A program made the translations under genes and the position numbers. Positions 47,625 through 57,193 of a DNA stretch of 64,000 nucleotides are shown piece by piece (the first letter of the stretch is position 1; the number at the start of each line of letters is the position of its first letter). The DNA lies in assembly GCA_964584335.1 (NCBI GenBank), contig CAZOZN010000001.1, positions 319,830 to 383,829 on the forward strand, read 5' to 3'. The DNA is from an uncultured archaeon (GTDB lineage Archaea > Aenigmatarchaeota > Aenigmatarchaeia > PWEA01 > JAGHBM01). The notes under the pieces were generated by a model. That model was not told where the DNA came from. It did no database searches and saw only the letters and a program-made list of their open reading frames with translations.

Positions 47625-49448
47625 ATGAAAAAAATTTTAATATTGATAGTTTTGCTTCTTTTGTTACCGTCAGTAAAGGCAGAAGAGGAAATAAACCCAA
47701 GAGAAATTGGAAAAATAGAAACCAAAATAGAATTCAGTTCAATAATAAAATCTACAGGAAAACTAAACAAATTGAACCATTCCGTATACATAATACCGGA
47801 GAATTACCAAGAACTGGAGATAGATGCAAAGGGAGATTTTACATATTCAATAAAGAGAGATGAACACGGTAACAAAAAATTGGAAATCGTATGGATTGAC
47901 TTCGAGTCACAGAATTATACTGTAAAAATGAAAATAGAAAATAGCGCTAAGTTTAATGGACCAAAAAAATCATCATTTCCGGAAGACACTCCAAGCAAAA
48001 CTTTTAAGTATCTAGCAGAAAGCAAGTACGTAATAATAGATGATGATATAAGGGAAAAGGCAAGTCAAATTACACAGGGATGTGGCACCGGTTTTGAGGC
48101 TGTAAAAAAAATATCTTCTTGGATATACTCAAATTTAAATTATGATATTAAATATTCAAAAACTGTGTTGCCTTCAGACAAAGTTTACGAAAATAAAAAA
48201 GGAACATGCGATGAATTCACAAATCTTTTCTTGGCAATGTGCAGATCTGTAGGGATACCTGCAAGGTATGTAGCAGGAATAACATACAGCAAGGAAGGTT
48301 GGGGTTACCACGCGTGGGCAGAAGTATATCTAGATGACAGGTGGGTTCCTGTAGACCCGACATGGAATGAAATAGGATGGATTGATGGTACACATATTGA
48401 ATTTGGAAAATTCATAGACGGAGAAGACGTGAAAGTTACAGCAAGTTACATATCTGAAGATGATGAAGAAGTAGAGATAATGCAACCAGAACCGAAAGTG
48501 AAAATAATATCAAGAAAACAGACAGAAAAAATATTTGATACTGAATTCGAATCCTACCCAGAAAAAATAGGAATAGGAGAATCTTCTGTATTGGTAATAA
48601 AAACAAAAACCGAGTCTGACGGCTGTCTTGCAACAAGCCTTAAAATAAATCCAAGAATAGATGAATCAAAAGAGCCGATAATATCTATTTCAGGAGAAAA
48701 AACCATATCAGTCTGTCCTGATGAAACAGAAACATCTCATTTTGTAATAAAAGCAGACGATTCACTTGATAAAAAATACGTTTACTATAAACTTGCAGAC
48801 ATATACACGTTTCTAGGAGAAAAAAAGACAATAGACCTAGAAATAGACCCTGCCAAAGATGATTATTCTAAAATAGACCTGATTCTAGAATCACAAACAG
48901 TAGAAGCAGGAGAGGATATAGAATTTTCAGTAAGTTCAGAATCCGATTACAGAGTTTACTCCAATCTTCCTTTTATAGGAAACAAAATAATAACATCAAA
49001 AAAAGGCTCTTTTTATATAATAGCTGTATCAGAAACTGGGCAAGTGATAAAAAAAGATATAGAAGTAAAAGAAGACCTTAAATTTAAAATAAAAAACATA
49101 AAAAAACCTTCCCTTGTTAGTTGTGGAGAAAAATTCAATGTTTCTTTTACAATAGAAAATATAAAAGAAAATAATTTTGAGATAGAAACAAAACAGAGCA
49201 GTGAACTTAGGTACATACCAAAAAAATACATAAGTTCGGATGAAGAAAATATAGAAATTTTTTTAGAGACAAAACTAAGTGATGAATGCACAGGAAAAGA
49301 ACAATTCCTGAATATAATGATAAATGAACAGAGAGTATTTGAAAAAATAGAAACAGAAAAAGAAAAAAATGTTTTTGAAGAAATAATAAAAAAAATAAAC
49401 TACATCATTAACCTAATACTTGAATCATTTAAAAATCAAGGCAAATAG
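47625..49448 (+). CDS. Secreted transglutaminase-like protein
   Basis: Signal peptide; catalytic triad GTCDEF, YHAWAE, VDPTW. Confidence 0.88.
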   Translation: MKKILILIVLLLLLPSVKAEEEINPREIGKIETKIEFSSIIKSTGKLNKLNHSVYIIPENYQELEIDAKGDFTYSIKRDEHGNKKLEIVWIDFESQNYTVKMKIENSAKFNGPKKSSFPEDTPSKTFKYLAESKYVIIDDDIREKASQITQGCGTGFEAVKKISSWIYSNLNYDIKYSKTVLPSDKVYENKKGTCDEFTNLFLAMCRSVGIPARYVAGITYSKEGWGYHAWAEVYLDDRWVPVDPTWNEIGWIDGTHIEFGKFIDGEDVKVTASYISEDDEEVEIMQPEPKVKIISRKQTEKIFDTEFESYPEKIGIGESSVLVIKTKTESDGCLATSLKINPRIDESKEPIISISGEKTISVCPDETETSHFVIKADDSLDKKYVYYKLADIYTFLGEKKTIDLEIDPAKDDYSKIDLILESQTVEAGEDIEFSVSSESDYRVYSNLPFIGNKIITSKKGSFYIIAVSETGQVIKKDIEVKEDLKFKIKNIKKPSLVSCGEKFNVSFTIENIKENNFEIETKQSSELRYIPKKYISSDEENIEIFLETKLSDECTGKEQFLNIMINEQRVFEKIETEKEKNVFEEIIKKINYIINLILESFKNQGK

Positions 49449-50131
49449 AACTTGTTTATTAATGCTTTAGGAAATTTCTTTTCTCTCATTGACCTTAAAA
49501 GAGAATCAAGGTCATAATTAACTTTCTGAAAACTTATTTCCATATTATCTGTGTCAACAAAAACATAAGACGCCATTGAGGGATTTTCGCTTTTTTGACC
49601 CAAGGACCCAGGATTTACTATAAACTTTCTATTAAACTCCTTAACGAAAGGTCTGTTCCCCTGACCGCATATTATCATATCAGCATCCGTATTATCAAAG
49701 TAGTCCTGAAGCTTTTCAAGTTTAACCATCTTACTTATTTCTCCTTTTATATAATCATCTGGAGAACCATGAAGCAGTAATATATTAAGAGAACCTATTT
49801 TCAATGCATTATAACCATCAAGGTCAGAAAGGAACTCCATATTTTTCTTTGAAATTATTTTACTAGTCCAGTCTAAAGTCTCGGCGGTAAGTGAATCTAG
49901 ACCATAAAAATCACCATCAACAACAGCCTGGTCGTAATCCCCCTTCACTGCAATAAGGTTTTTTATTCCTCTGAGCTTATCACAAACTTCATTGGGGTGG
50001 GGGCCTATACCTACAAAGTCTCCTGCACAAAGCAGGTAATCAGGAGTTCCGAAATTATCCGATACATGCTTGAATACCGCCCTTAAAGCAATCAAGTTTG
50101 AATAAATATTAGATATTACCATCAAACGCAT
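49436..50131 (-). CDS. Calcineurin-like metallophosphoesterase homologue with degenerate metal ligands
   Basis: GDFVG, HGSP, NPGSLGQ present; DxH, GNHD and GHTH replaced. Confidence 0.8.
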   Translation of the reverse strand: MRLMVISNIYSNLIALRAVFKHVSDNFGTPDYLLCAGDFVGIGPHPNEVCDKLRGIKNLIAVKGDYDQAVVDGDFYGLDSLTAETLDWTSKIISKKNMEFLSDLDGYNALKIGSLNILLLHGSPDDYIKGEISKMVKLEKLQDYFDNTDADMIICGQGNRPFVKEFNRKFIVNPGSLGQKSENPSMASYVFVDTDNMEISFQKVNYDLDSLLRSMREKKFPKALINKFYLP

Positions 50132-50219
50132 AAGTTAATTTAAGTGAAGCCAATTTAAATTTTTTATTAAACCTAATTAATACTATAATAAAGACAATTT
50201 TGGATTATTAGTGATTTTT

Positions 50220-51053
50220 ATGAACCTAAAAAACATTCTAAACAAAAAATTAAGTGAAAATGAATTAAATAAATTAAACACTTCTTTTGATATATTGGGC
50301 TCCAGAGAGAGAGCCATAGCAATAATAGAAATACCAGAAGAACTTGAAAAAAAAGAAAAAATAATAGGAGAAGCTCTGTTAAAAGTCCATAAAAATGTAG
50401 CATCAGTACTGAAAAAATCATCAAATAGGAAAGGAGAAATGAGACTAAGAGACTACAAGGTAATAGCAGGAGAAAAAAACACGGAAGTCATGCACAAAGA
50501 AAGCGGTTGCCGGTTCTTGGTTGACCCCAGAAAAACCTACTTTTCAGTCAGGGAAGGTACTGAAAGAGAAAGAATAGCGGAAGAAGTTAAAAGTAACGAA
50601 AAAATACTGGTAATGTTCGGGGGTGTGGCACCATTCCCGATAGTAATAGCAAAAAAGAAAGAAGTAAAAAAAATATACTCTGTGGAAATAAACCCTTCTT
50701 CACATAGATATGCAGAAGAAAATGTCCTGCTGAACAAAGTGGGGAACAAGGTAATACCTATACTGGGGGATGTCAGAGAAGTTTGCAAAGCAATTGGAGA
50801 GAAATTTGACAGGATAACAATGCATCTTCCCGAAAGAGCTTGGGAATTCTTGGATGTAGCCTTTTCCTGTTCCAGAAAGGGAACAATAATACATCTTTAC
50901 GGTATAGAGGAAGAAGGCAGCAAAGAGCTTGAAAAAAAAGCAAGAGAAATTGCAGACAAATCAAAAAAGAAAATAGACATAATTGAGAAAAGAAAAGTGC
51001 TTCCATACAGCCCGAGAACATACAAATTTTGCCTGAAAATAAAAGTTATTTAA
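50220..51053 (+). CDS. Trm5/Tyw2-family tRNA-modifying SAM-dependent enzyme
   Basis: HKESG, YFS.R..TER.RI, MFGGVAPF, EINP, MHLP. Confidence 0.88.
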   Translation: MNLKNILNKKLSENELNKLNTSFDILGSRERAIAIIEIPEELEKKEKIIGEALLKVHKNVASVLKKSSNRKGEMRLRDYKVIAGEKNTEVMHKESGCRFLVDPRKTYFSVREGTERERIAEEVKSNEKILVMFGGVAPFPIVIAKKKEVKKIYSVEINPSSHRYAEENVLLNKVGNKVIPILGDVREVCKAIGEKFDRITMHLPERAWEFLDVAFSCSRKGTIIHLYGIEEEGSKELEKKAREIADKSKKKIDIIEKRKVLPYSPRTYKFCLKIKVI

Positions 51054-51832
51054 TGTATATATTTTGAAGTTTGTTTTTCTCCCTTTAAATTCTTTTTTAA
51101 TTCATCCAAGTGTTTAAGAAATTGCTCTTCCCCAATATTAGATTCATCATCTATCTTATCAAGACCTTTGTATATATTTTTCTTGGTTTCCTCGCCCCAA
51201 TATTCCGTAAATTTGTCTAAAAAGAAATTTGCCGTTTTATCGGAATCCAAGTTATAAACAGAAGTCACGTTATTTGAAAGTGGGCAAAAAGAATCAATCT
51301 CTTTACAATAACTATCAGGTTTGACTTCATTTTCACCTACTAAATTAGAATAAAGACCGCTTGGAGACTTTCCTTCTGATGTAATATAACACACCCTACC
51401 TTCGCCTTCAAAAGAACATGCCATCAAACCAATTGGTTTATCGTGTTTTCCTTCTATAATATCTTTTTTTGTGTCATCTGTAGGATAAGAAGGGAAATAA
51501 ACATAAGGACATTTTCCGTTAACAACCTGCTTTTTCCCAACAAATGGATCTCCTCCCATACATGTTGGATTCGCTTCTCCATGAACATGGAAATATCTAT
51601 CCTCTATTAAATAACCAACCATATTATTTCCTATTAAATTACTTTTCTTTTCTTCGTTCAAATTACCCTCTTTTATTGACCTTACAGTATGAACACCCAA
51701 AACATCAAAAATAGAAACTCTGTTTTTTTGAGATAGTTCATGAATCTTACCAAGAACTTCCTTACTTTTCATAGCAAACTTTAAAGCAATTAAATCTTCT
51801 TCAGATACATTACCACCGAACATAAAAACCAC
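51050..51832 (-). CDS. Hypothetical Cys-containing protein
   Basis: 260-aa ORF; no family recognised. Confidence 0.6.
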   Translation of the reverse strand: MVFMFGGNVSEEDLIALKFAMKSKEVLGKIHELSQKNRVSIFDVLGVHTVRSIKEGNLNEEKKSNLIGNNMVGYLIEDRYFHVHGEANPTCMGGDPFVGKKQVVNGKCPYVYFPSYPTDDTKKDIIEGKHDKPIGLMACSFEGEGRVCYITSEGKSPSGLYSNLVGENEVKPDSYCKEIDSFCPLSNNVTSVYNLDSDKTANFFLDKFTEYWGEETKKNIYKGLDKIDDESNIGEEQFLKHLDELKKNLKGEKQTSKYIH

Positions 51833-51894
51833 TTTTAATTAACTAAAAATTAAACTATTTAAGTTTTACTGGACAGTGGAAAAAAAAACAAAAA

Positions 51895-52089
51895 CTAAAT
51901 CCTTGGCCTAAAACTATTTACATATTCAGCAATTCCATGAAACCCGCTGTAAATCATCTCACCGACTTTTAAGCCGAAATATGAAATATCTTCAGAATCC
52001 TGGGCCTGATAAGGTATCCCATTCTTAATCAAATAATCTTCCGCTAATAAAGCATCTTCGCTGTTGTTTGTCACAAAAATATTAACCAT
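51895..52089 (-). CDS. Small glutaredoxin-fold-like protein lacking CxxC
   Basis: 64 aa; GAGGTGA SD motif; A..YL...GIPY and GF pattern. Confidence 0.5.
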   Translation of the reverse strand: MVNIFVTNNSEDALLAEDYLIKNGIPYQAQDSEDISYFGLKVGEMIYSGFHGIAEYVNSFRPRI

Positions 52090-52156
52090 AGGAAATCACC
52101 TCATATTATCGGTAGAAAAACAAATATTTATACATTCAAATAGGCCCTAAAATCAA

Positions 52157-52891
52157 CTATAAACCAACACAAAAATCCAAGACCCAGTGAAATTTTCTTG
52201 GGTTCCATGATTTTACACGGGATTTTCTCTTTAACTTACAACATTTGTTTAACCTGTTGCATTCCCATTCAAACTCTTTTATTAATTTATTTGGTTCTTT
52301 TGAGTCTATTCCGTGGTAGTGTACCATTCCACCTTTACTAACAGAATCCAAAGCCTTTTTGATATAATTTTTTGCGGAAGGAAGAAGTCCCATTAAAACC
52401 CTGTCTGCCTTTTCAGGTATTTCAACTTTTGAAGAATCGGAATTGATTGGTTTTACTTTTCTAGTTTTATTTAATTTTATGTTTTCGAGCAAATATGAAA
52501 AAGAAACAGGATTCAATTCAACGGAATAAATCTTTTTGGCCTTTGAATGAACTGCAAGTGGTATAGAAAAATAACCGATGCCTGCAAACATATCAAAAAT
52601 TACTTCGCCTTTTTTTACCTTGTTTATGAGTCTAAGCCTTTCCCTGTGGTTTCCTTTTGACCACATTATCTTTTCAACATCTATCTTGAACTTACAGCCA
52701 TGTTCCTTGTGCACAGTAACCGTACCGTTCCCTGTAATTTTTTTTATTCTCGGTTCTCTGAACTTTCCAAATATTGAGCCTGTACGGTACATTACTGTCT
52801 TGGTATTTGGCTGATAAGAAAGAAGGCGCTCTGCCGCATCCTCGTCTTTTTTGTTTAAAATTATAATATCCCCTATTTTCTGGTACTTCAT
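52157..52891 (-). CDS. Taw2/Tyw2-like tRNA wyosine-pathway transferase
   Basis: HKEHG, MWSKGN..ER, DMFAGIGYF, ELNP, ADRVLMG, HYH. Confidence 0.85.
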   Translation of the reverse strand: MKYQKIGDIIILNKKDEDAAERLLSYQPNTKTVMYRTGSIFGKFREPRIKKITGNGTVTVHKEHGCKFKIDVEKIMWSKGNHRERLRLINKVKKGEVIFDMFAGIGYFSIPLAVHSKAKKIYSVELNPVSFSYLLENIKLNKTRKVKPINSDSSKVEIPEKADRVLMGLLPSAKNYIKKALDSVSKGGMVHYHGIDSKEPNKLIKEFEWECNRLNKCCKLKRKSRVKSWNPRKFHWVLDFCVGL

Positions 52892-52917
52892 AGAAATTAA
52901 TGAGTAAAAGATAACAT

Positions 52918-54426
52918 TTATTCTTTATCCATTTTCTTTAAATCCAAATACAAAGCAGCTGACCATGTCATCATAGGAGAACCTATTGGCTCTCCTGCAG
53001 AATAACCTCTTCCATCGCTAGAGACAAAATATTCATCAAATAGAAAAATATCAAACTCCTTTCCTAAAAAAGAATTTATCTTCTCAAGTCCTCTTTTATT
53101 TTTAATCTCAGAAATCCTTACATTTACTTTGTCCCAAATATCTGTTTCTCTTGGTTTTTCATCTACATTAACCCAACCAACTGCCGCAAAACAAGAATCC
53201 CAAAACCAGCCATGATGATACTGTGCCTTGGAAGGTGTTGTAAATTCTTCACCAAAAGAATTAAACTCCATTAAAGAAGAAGCAAGCTTTTTGCAAAAAA
53301 TTATTGGAAATTTTTTATTGTACTCTACTATTTTTAATGTATTTTTTCTTAGTTTTTCTGCTTTAAACTTGTCATAATTTTTCATTCCCTCATAAATTAG
53401 CCAGTTTATTGGCGCAGGCCAAACAGGACCTCTCCAATACTTAAGATTGTTAAATTGTTTTGACTTTTTCGATGTGGTAGAAACCATTATATCAGGATTA
53501 AAATCTTTCTTACTGAAACACAAACTTATGAGTTTTTTTGCCTGCTTTTTTGTAGCACACCTTCCAAAAAGAGGAGCAATGCAATGAACGGTGGGAGATT
53601 TAAGAAAACACCGGTCGACAGTATCATAAGAATAAAAAACACCGTCATTCTGGTTAAAAAGTTTTTTTCTTATTGAATGTCTGACCTTCTCGTACAATTC
53701 TTTATTTTTCTCCGACTCTTTCCTGTAAAAATCAGATTTTTTACCTTCAATATTATTTGAAAAAATCATGCATAACTTTGAAAGAGAATCTAAAGAAGCT
53801 GCAAATATAGAATTAAAAAAAACATCCTGAACAACATAAGGTGAATTCTTTATTATTTTTTCTTGATTATAGTTGTGCTCAACAAAAAAACCAATTAATC
53901 TTCCAAAACATTCATAATCCTTATCGGTTGGTCTGTATTTCTTGCATATAATTTCTATATCCTTTCTTTTCTTTATTCTCTGTTCAAATCTTTTAACCCT
54001 AAGGTACATCTTGGTTTTTTCTATTGGTTTGTCCTGATAAGGTGTGTTATCCGTTCCAGTCTCCCAGGGATGAATTATAGAAACCAAGTACTCATCGAAA
54101 GGGTCTCTTTCTCTGAGAAGAAAATCATGATATTTTTTTACCCCTGAATAGAATTTTTCCAAATTCTTTAAGACTTCCTTTTTGTTTTTTGATTTTAAGT
54201 ATATCTTATACATCGCGTAAGCAAGAACAGGAGGCTGAGTTATGCCGGATGTTTTGTTTTCTATTCCGGTTACAGATTTTCTTAGTCCCCATTCATTGTA
54301 ATCTGGGCTGTAACCTTTTTCTCCTGAAACAAAACGTATGTGTGGAATCATTCCATTCTTCCACTGAGAATCAAGAACAGACTTTATCTCATTTATAGCC
54401 CTCTCTTCACCATAAGTCATCGGCAT
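52918..54426 (-). CDS. GH63/MGH1-like (alpha/alpha)6 glycoside hydrolase with rearranged segment order
   Basis: QW.NGMIPH, SGITQPP, HPWETGTDN, YWRGPVW, EYF, WSAAL, and an internal Y.H.W.WDS motif. Confidence 0.85.
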   Translation of the reverse strand: MPMTYGEERAINEIKSVLDSQWKNGMIPHIRFVSGEKGYSPDYNEWGLRKSVTGIENKTSGITQPPVLAYAMYKIYLKSKNKKEVLKNLEKFYSGVKKYHDFLLRERDPFDEYLVSIIHPWETGTDNTPYQDKPIEKTKMYLRVKRFEQRIKKRKDIEIICKKYRPTDKDYECFGRLIGFFVEHNYNQEKIIKNSPYVVQDVFFNSIFAASLDSLSKLCMIFSNNIEGKKSDFYRKESEKNKELYEKVRHSIRKKLFNQNDGVFYSYDTVDRCFLKSPTVHCIAPLFGRCATKKQAKKLISLCFSKKDFNPDIMVSTTSKKSKQFNNLKYWRGPVWPAPINWLIYEGMKNYDKFKAEKLRKNTLKIVEYNKKFPIIFCKKLASSLMEFNSFGEEFTTPSKAQYHHGWFWDSCFAAVGWVNVDEKPRETDIWDKVNVRISEIKNKRGLEKINSFLGKEFDIFLFDEYFVSSDGRGYSAGEPIGSPMMTWSAALYLDLKKMDKE

Positions 54427-54475
54427 AAAAAAGAATTATATTTGTTTTATTTAAAAATTAACTAGAGTAATAACC

Positions 54476-54483
54476 TATTTAAG
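54476..54483 (+). promoter_or_regulatory. Putative TATA box of the SRP RNA gene
   Basis: TATTTAAG about 25 nt upstream of the predicted 5' end. Confidence 0.55.
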
Positions 54484-54505
54484 CCTGTTGCCCAATTAAT
54501 TATTC

Positions 54506-54770
54506 TGGATAGGCCGGGCGTCTAGGGGTCGCCTGTAAGCTGAAGCCCTCTTTAATGCGGTCGAAAAGCCTGGAGAGGCTTGGCGGTAGCTCGGACCCGT
54601 AGTTCCAACTGCGAAACCTCGTCCTCTGGGATCACTTCTTTTATGAACCGGGTCAGGCCTTGACGGGAGCAGCCCTAAGTAAGAGTTAGTGATGTTCAGG
54701 GGGTGTCGAGGTGGAGAAGGAATTACGGATTAATCCGTGTTGTCGCTTAAGTCCATCCAGGTGAATCCAC
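54506..54770 (+). ncRNA. ffs: Archaeal SRP (7S) RNA, short form
   Basis: GC-rich island; Alu-like 5' part (AGGCCGGG..CCTGTAA); helix 8 GGGTCAGGCCT-TGAC-GGGAGCAGCCC; terminal TGGAT/ATCCA pairing. Confidence 0.92.
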
Positions 54771-54786
54771 TAAAAACGGTGTTCTA

Positions 54787-55545
54787 ATGAAAGAGGAAAT
54801 TTTATTTGGAGTAACAATAACTGTTGTTTTTATGATGGGATTGGGTTTCGGCTTACTAATAGAAAAACCCAAAATAACTTTTGAAGAAAATACAAATACA
54901 ATTGAAAATCAAATTGCTGATAGTTATGAAATAAAAAAAATATCTGAATCAAGCACAAAACTTGCCGCAGTCAACAGGAACGGGGAAGGAATTTTAACAG
55001 ACCTTATGGTTGGGGCATATCCGGGCAAAGGAAGAGTTCTTGTAGATGTGGAAAATCTCGTATTCTGGATGGACACACAACAGTCCGTACAGAAAGCAAA
55101 AAAAATAGCAGAAGATTATATAGGAAAAAAGGCAGACAAGATAGACCTTATATATACTCTAAAATTAAAGAACGGTACTGCAGTTGGCGGAACTAGCGCT
55201 GGTGCGGCATTTACAATAGCAACTATAGCAGCCTTAGAAAACAGAACAATAAAAAACGATGCTATAATAACTGGGACTATAGAAGAAGATGGTAAAATAG
55301 GGAGAGTCGATGGCATAATTGCAAAAGGAAAAGCAGCAAAAGAAGGAGGATTTCAAAAGTTCTTGGTTCCGGAAGGCCAGAAAAAACTGACCGAATACAG
55401 AAAAGAAAAAGAATGCAAAAGCATAGACTCTATTAACTTATGCAACATAGAATATAGAAGTGTTGAGATAGACGTTGAAAAAGAAGTGGGTATAGAAGTA
55501 ATAGAAACCAAGGATTTGAAAGAAGCACTTACATATCTTTTGTGA
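54787..55545 (+). CDS. Membrane-anchored Lon-like (S16) protease domain without AAA module
   Basis: N-terminal TM; GGTSAG catalytic Ser; ITGTI..DG.IG.V.G...K. Confidence 0.85.
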   Translation: MKEEILFGVTITVVFMMGLGFGLLIEKPKITFEENTNTIENQIADSYEIKKISESSTKLAAVNRNGEGILTDLMVGAYPGKGRVLVDVENLVFWMDTQQSVQKAKKIAEDYIGKKADKIDLIYTLKLKNGTAVGGTSAGAAFTIATIAALENRTIKNDAIITGTIEEDGKIGRVDGIIAKGKAAKEGGFQKFLVPEGQKKLTEYRKEKECKSIDSINLCNIEYRSVEIDVEKEVGIEVIETKDLKEALTYLL

Positions 55546-55549
55546 TTAA

Positions 55550-56170
55550 ATGATAATAATTATAGGAACTTCTCATATAGCAACTGAAATTACAAAATTA
55601 ATCAAAAAAACAATAGAAAAAGAAGAACCGGACTGTGTGGCTGTTGAACTTGACGCGATGAGATTTATAGCTATGACAACAAAAAAAAGAGGCAAACCGC
55701 CCGGAATTTTCTTAAAATTTCTCTCATGGATGCAAAGAGAACTGGGCAAAATGACAGGCATAACACCAGGAAATGAAATGATTGAAACAGTTAATTTTTC
55801 AAGAAAGAAGAAAATAAAAACATATCTTATAGACCAGAACTTCTCTATTACAGCAAGGGATATACAAAAAATTCCAATTAAAGAAAAAATAAAGTTAGTA
55901 TTATCTATTTTCTTAAGCGGTTTCGGAAGCAAAAAAATAGATATAAAAAAAGTGCCTTCAAGAAAAATAGTCAAAGAGGCGGTATCATATCTAAAAGAAA
56001 AATTTCCTGGGATATACAAAGTTCTTGTACTGAAGAGAGATATTTACATGTCTAGTGCTGTAAAGGAAATATCAAAAAGGCATGACAAGGTACTTGTAGT
56101 GGTGGGAGCAGGACATATAGAAGGTATGAAAAAGCTATTAAAAAAGGAAAAGATAAAAATAATCGGGTGA
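55550..56170 (+). CDS. TraB family protein
   Basis: IGTSH, VAVELD, PG.EM, RD.YM, VVGAGHIEG. Confidence 0.9.
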   Translation: MIIIIGTSHIATEITKLIKKTIEKEEPDCVAVELDAMRFIAMTTKKRGKPPGIFLKFLSWMQRELGKMTGITPGNEMIETVNFSRKKKIKTYLIDQNFSITARDIQKIPIKEKIKLVLSIFLSGFGSKKIDIKKVPSRKIVKEAVSYLKEKFPGIYKVLVLKRDIYMSSAVKEISKRHDKVLVVVGAGHIEGMKKLLKKEKIKIIG

Positions 56171-56174
56171 AACC

Positions 56175-56756
56175 ATGCAAAAAGAAGAAATTAGGGACCT
56201 CTTTATTTCAGTTTTGGTTTTGACTGTCGTTTTCTCTATTTCCAACCTAACAGCAGAAAACATGATTTCATATTTTTTAATAATAGGCATGGCTTTTGTA
56301 TTTCATGAAATAGCCCACATAAATATAGCTACAAGAATAGGGGCAAAATCCGTTTACAGAATATGGCCGACAGGTCTTTTAATATCTCTCGTGTTGGGAA
56401 TTGTTAGCGGTGGTAGAATTATATTCGCGGCCCCGGGAGCCGTTTTTATAAGTTCAATAAAACATGCTAGATGGAAAACCGAGTATCCCAGCCTAAAAAA
56501 CGAGGAATATGGATTAATATCATCAGCTGGCCCGGTAATAAACCTCACGATTTCAATAATTTTTATTTTATTAAATTATCTCCAACCATCAGAATTCTTT
56601 GTAAAAGCCGCTTCTATAAACATACTTTTAGGATTCTTTAACCTACTGCCAATACCTCCTTTGGATGGTTATAAAATAATTAGATGGTGCAGAAGAAGCT
56701 GGTTGGTACTATTTCTGGCTGCTTTTGTGGGCTGGATTGGTTTATGGTTTATATAA
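56175..56756 (+). CDS. Site-2 protease (M50)
   Basis: HEIAH, AAPGAV, AGP..N, FNLLPIPPLDG. Confidence 0.92.
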   Translation: MQKEEIRDLFISVLVLTVVFSISNLTAENMISYFLIIGMAFVFHEIAHINIATRIGAKSVYRIWPTGLLISLVLGIVSGGRIIFAAPGAVFISSIKHARWKTEYPSLKNEEYGLISSAGPVINLTISIIFILLNYLQPSEFFVKAASINILLGFFNLLPIPPLDGYKIIRWCRRSWLVLFLAAFVGWIGLWFI

Positions 56757-56787
56757 TTTTTTTATTTCCGTGATTATAATAATAAAC

Positions 56788-57192
56788 ATGGAAATAATGT
56801 TCAATTTGTTAATTATTTTTATAGTATTTTTTATTGGCATTCTCTGGGAAGAAAACAAAGAATATTTCATTCTAATAACATTGTCACTTTTGGTGTTTGG
56901 AGTACTTGCCGGTCATTTTGTTGAATCAGAAATAATATACGGCATAATTTTTATAATTGGTGTTTTTGTTGAAAGGACTTACCTGACATACAAAGGAAGA
57001 AAAACAAAAAAACCAAAATCATCAGTATACGTTCCATACCAAGACTGGGTGATGAAAATAATATACGCGATAATTTTAATATTTGCAATAGATATCGTAT
57101 CAGAAACTCAGATGTTGTATAACTTTCTTATTTTCATATTTGGTATACTAGTATCCTGGAGTATAAAAAAATTAGAGAAAAAAGGTAAGTGA
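56788..57192 (+). CDS. Hypothetical membrane protein
   Basis: About five hydrophobic segments. Confidence 0.6.
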   Translation: MEIMFNLLIIFIVFFIGILWEENKEYFILITLSLLVFGVLAGHFVESEIIYGIIFIIGVFVERTYLTYKGRKTKKPKSSVYVPYQDWVMKIIYAIILIFAIDIVSETQMLYNFLIFIFGILVSWSIKKLEKKGK

Positions 57193-57193
57193 T

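Noticed and set aside
54506-54770. tRNA or RNase P RNA as the identity of the GC-rich island
   Set aside because: No cloverleaf or P4 motif; the helix-8 CAGG/AGCAG signature identifies SRP RNA.
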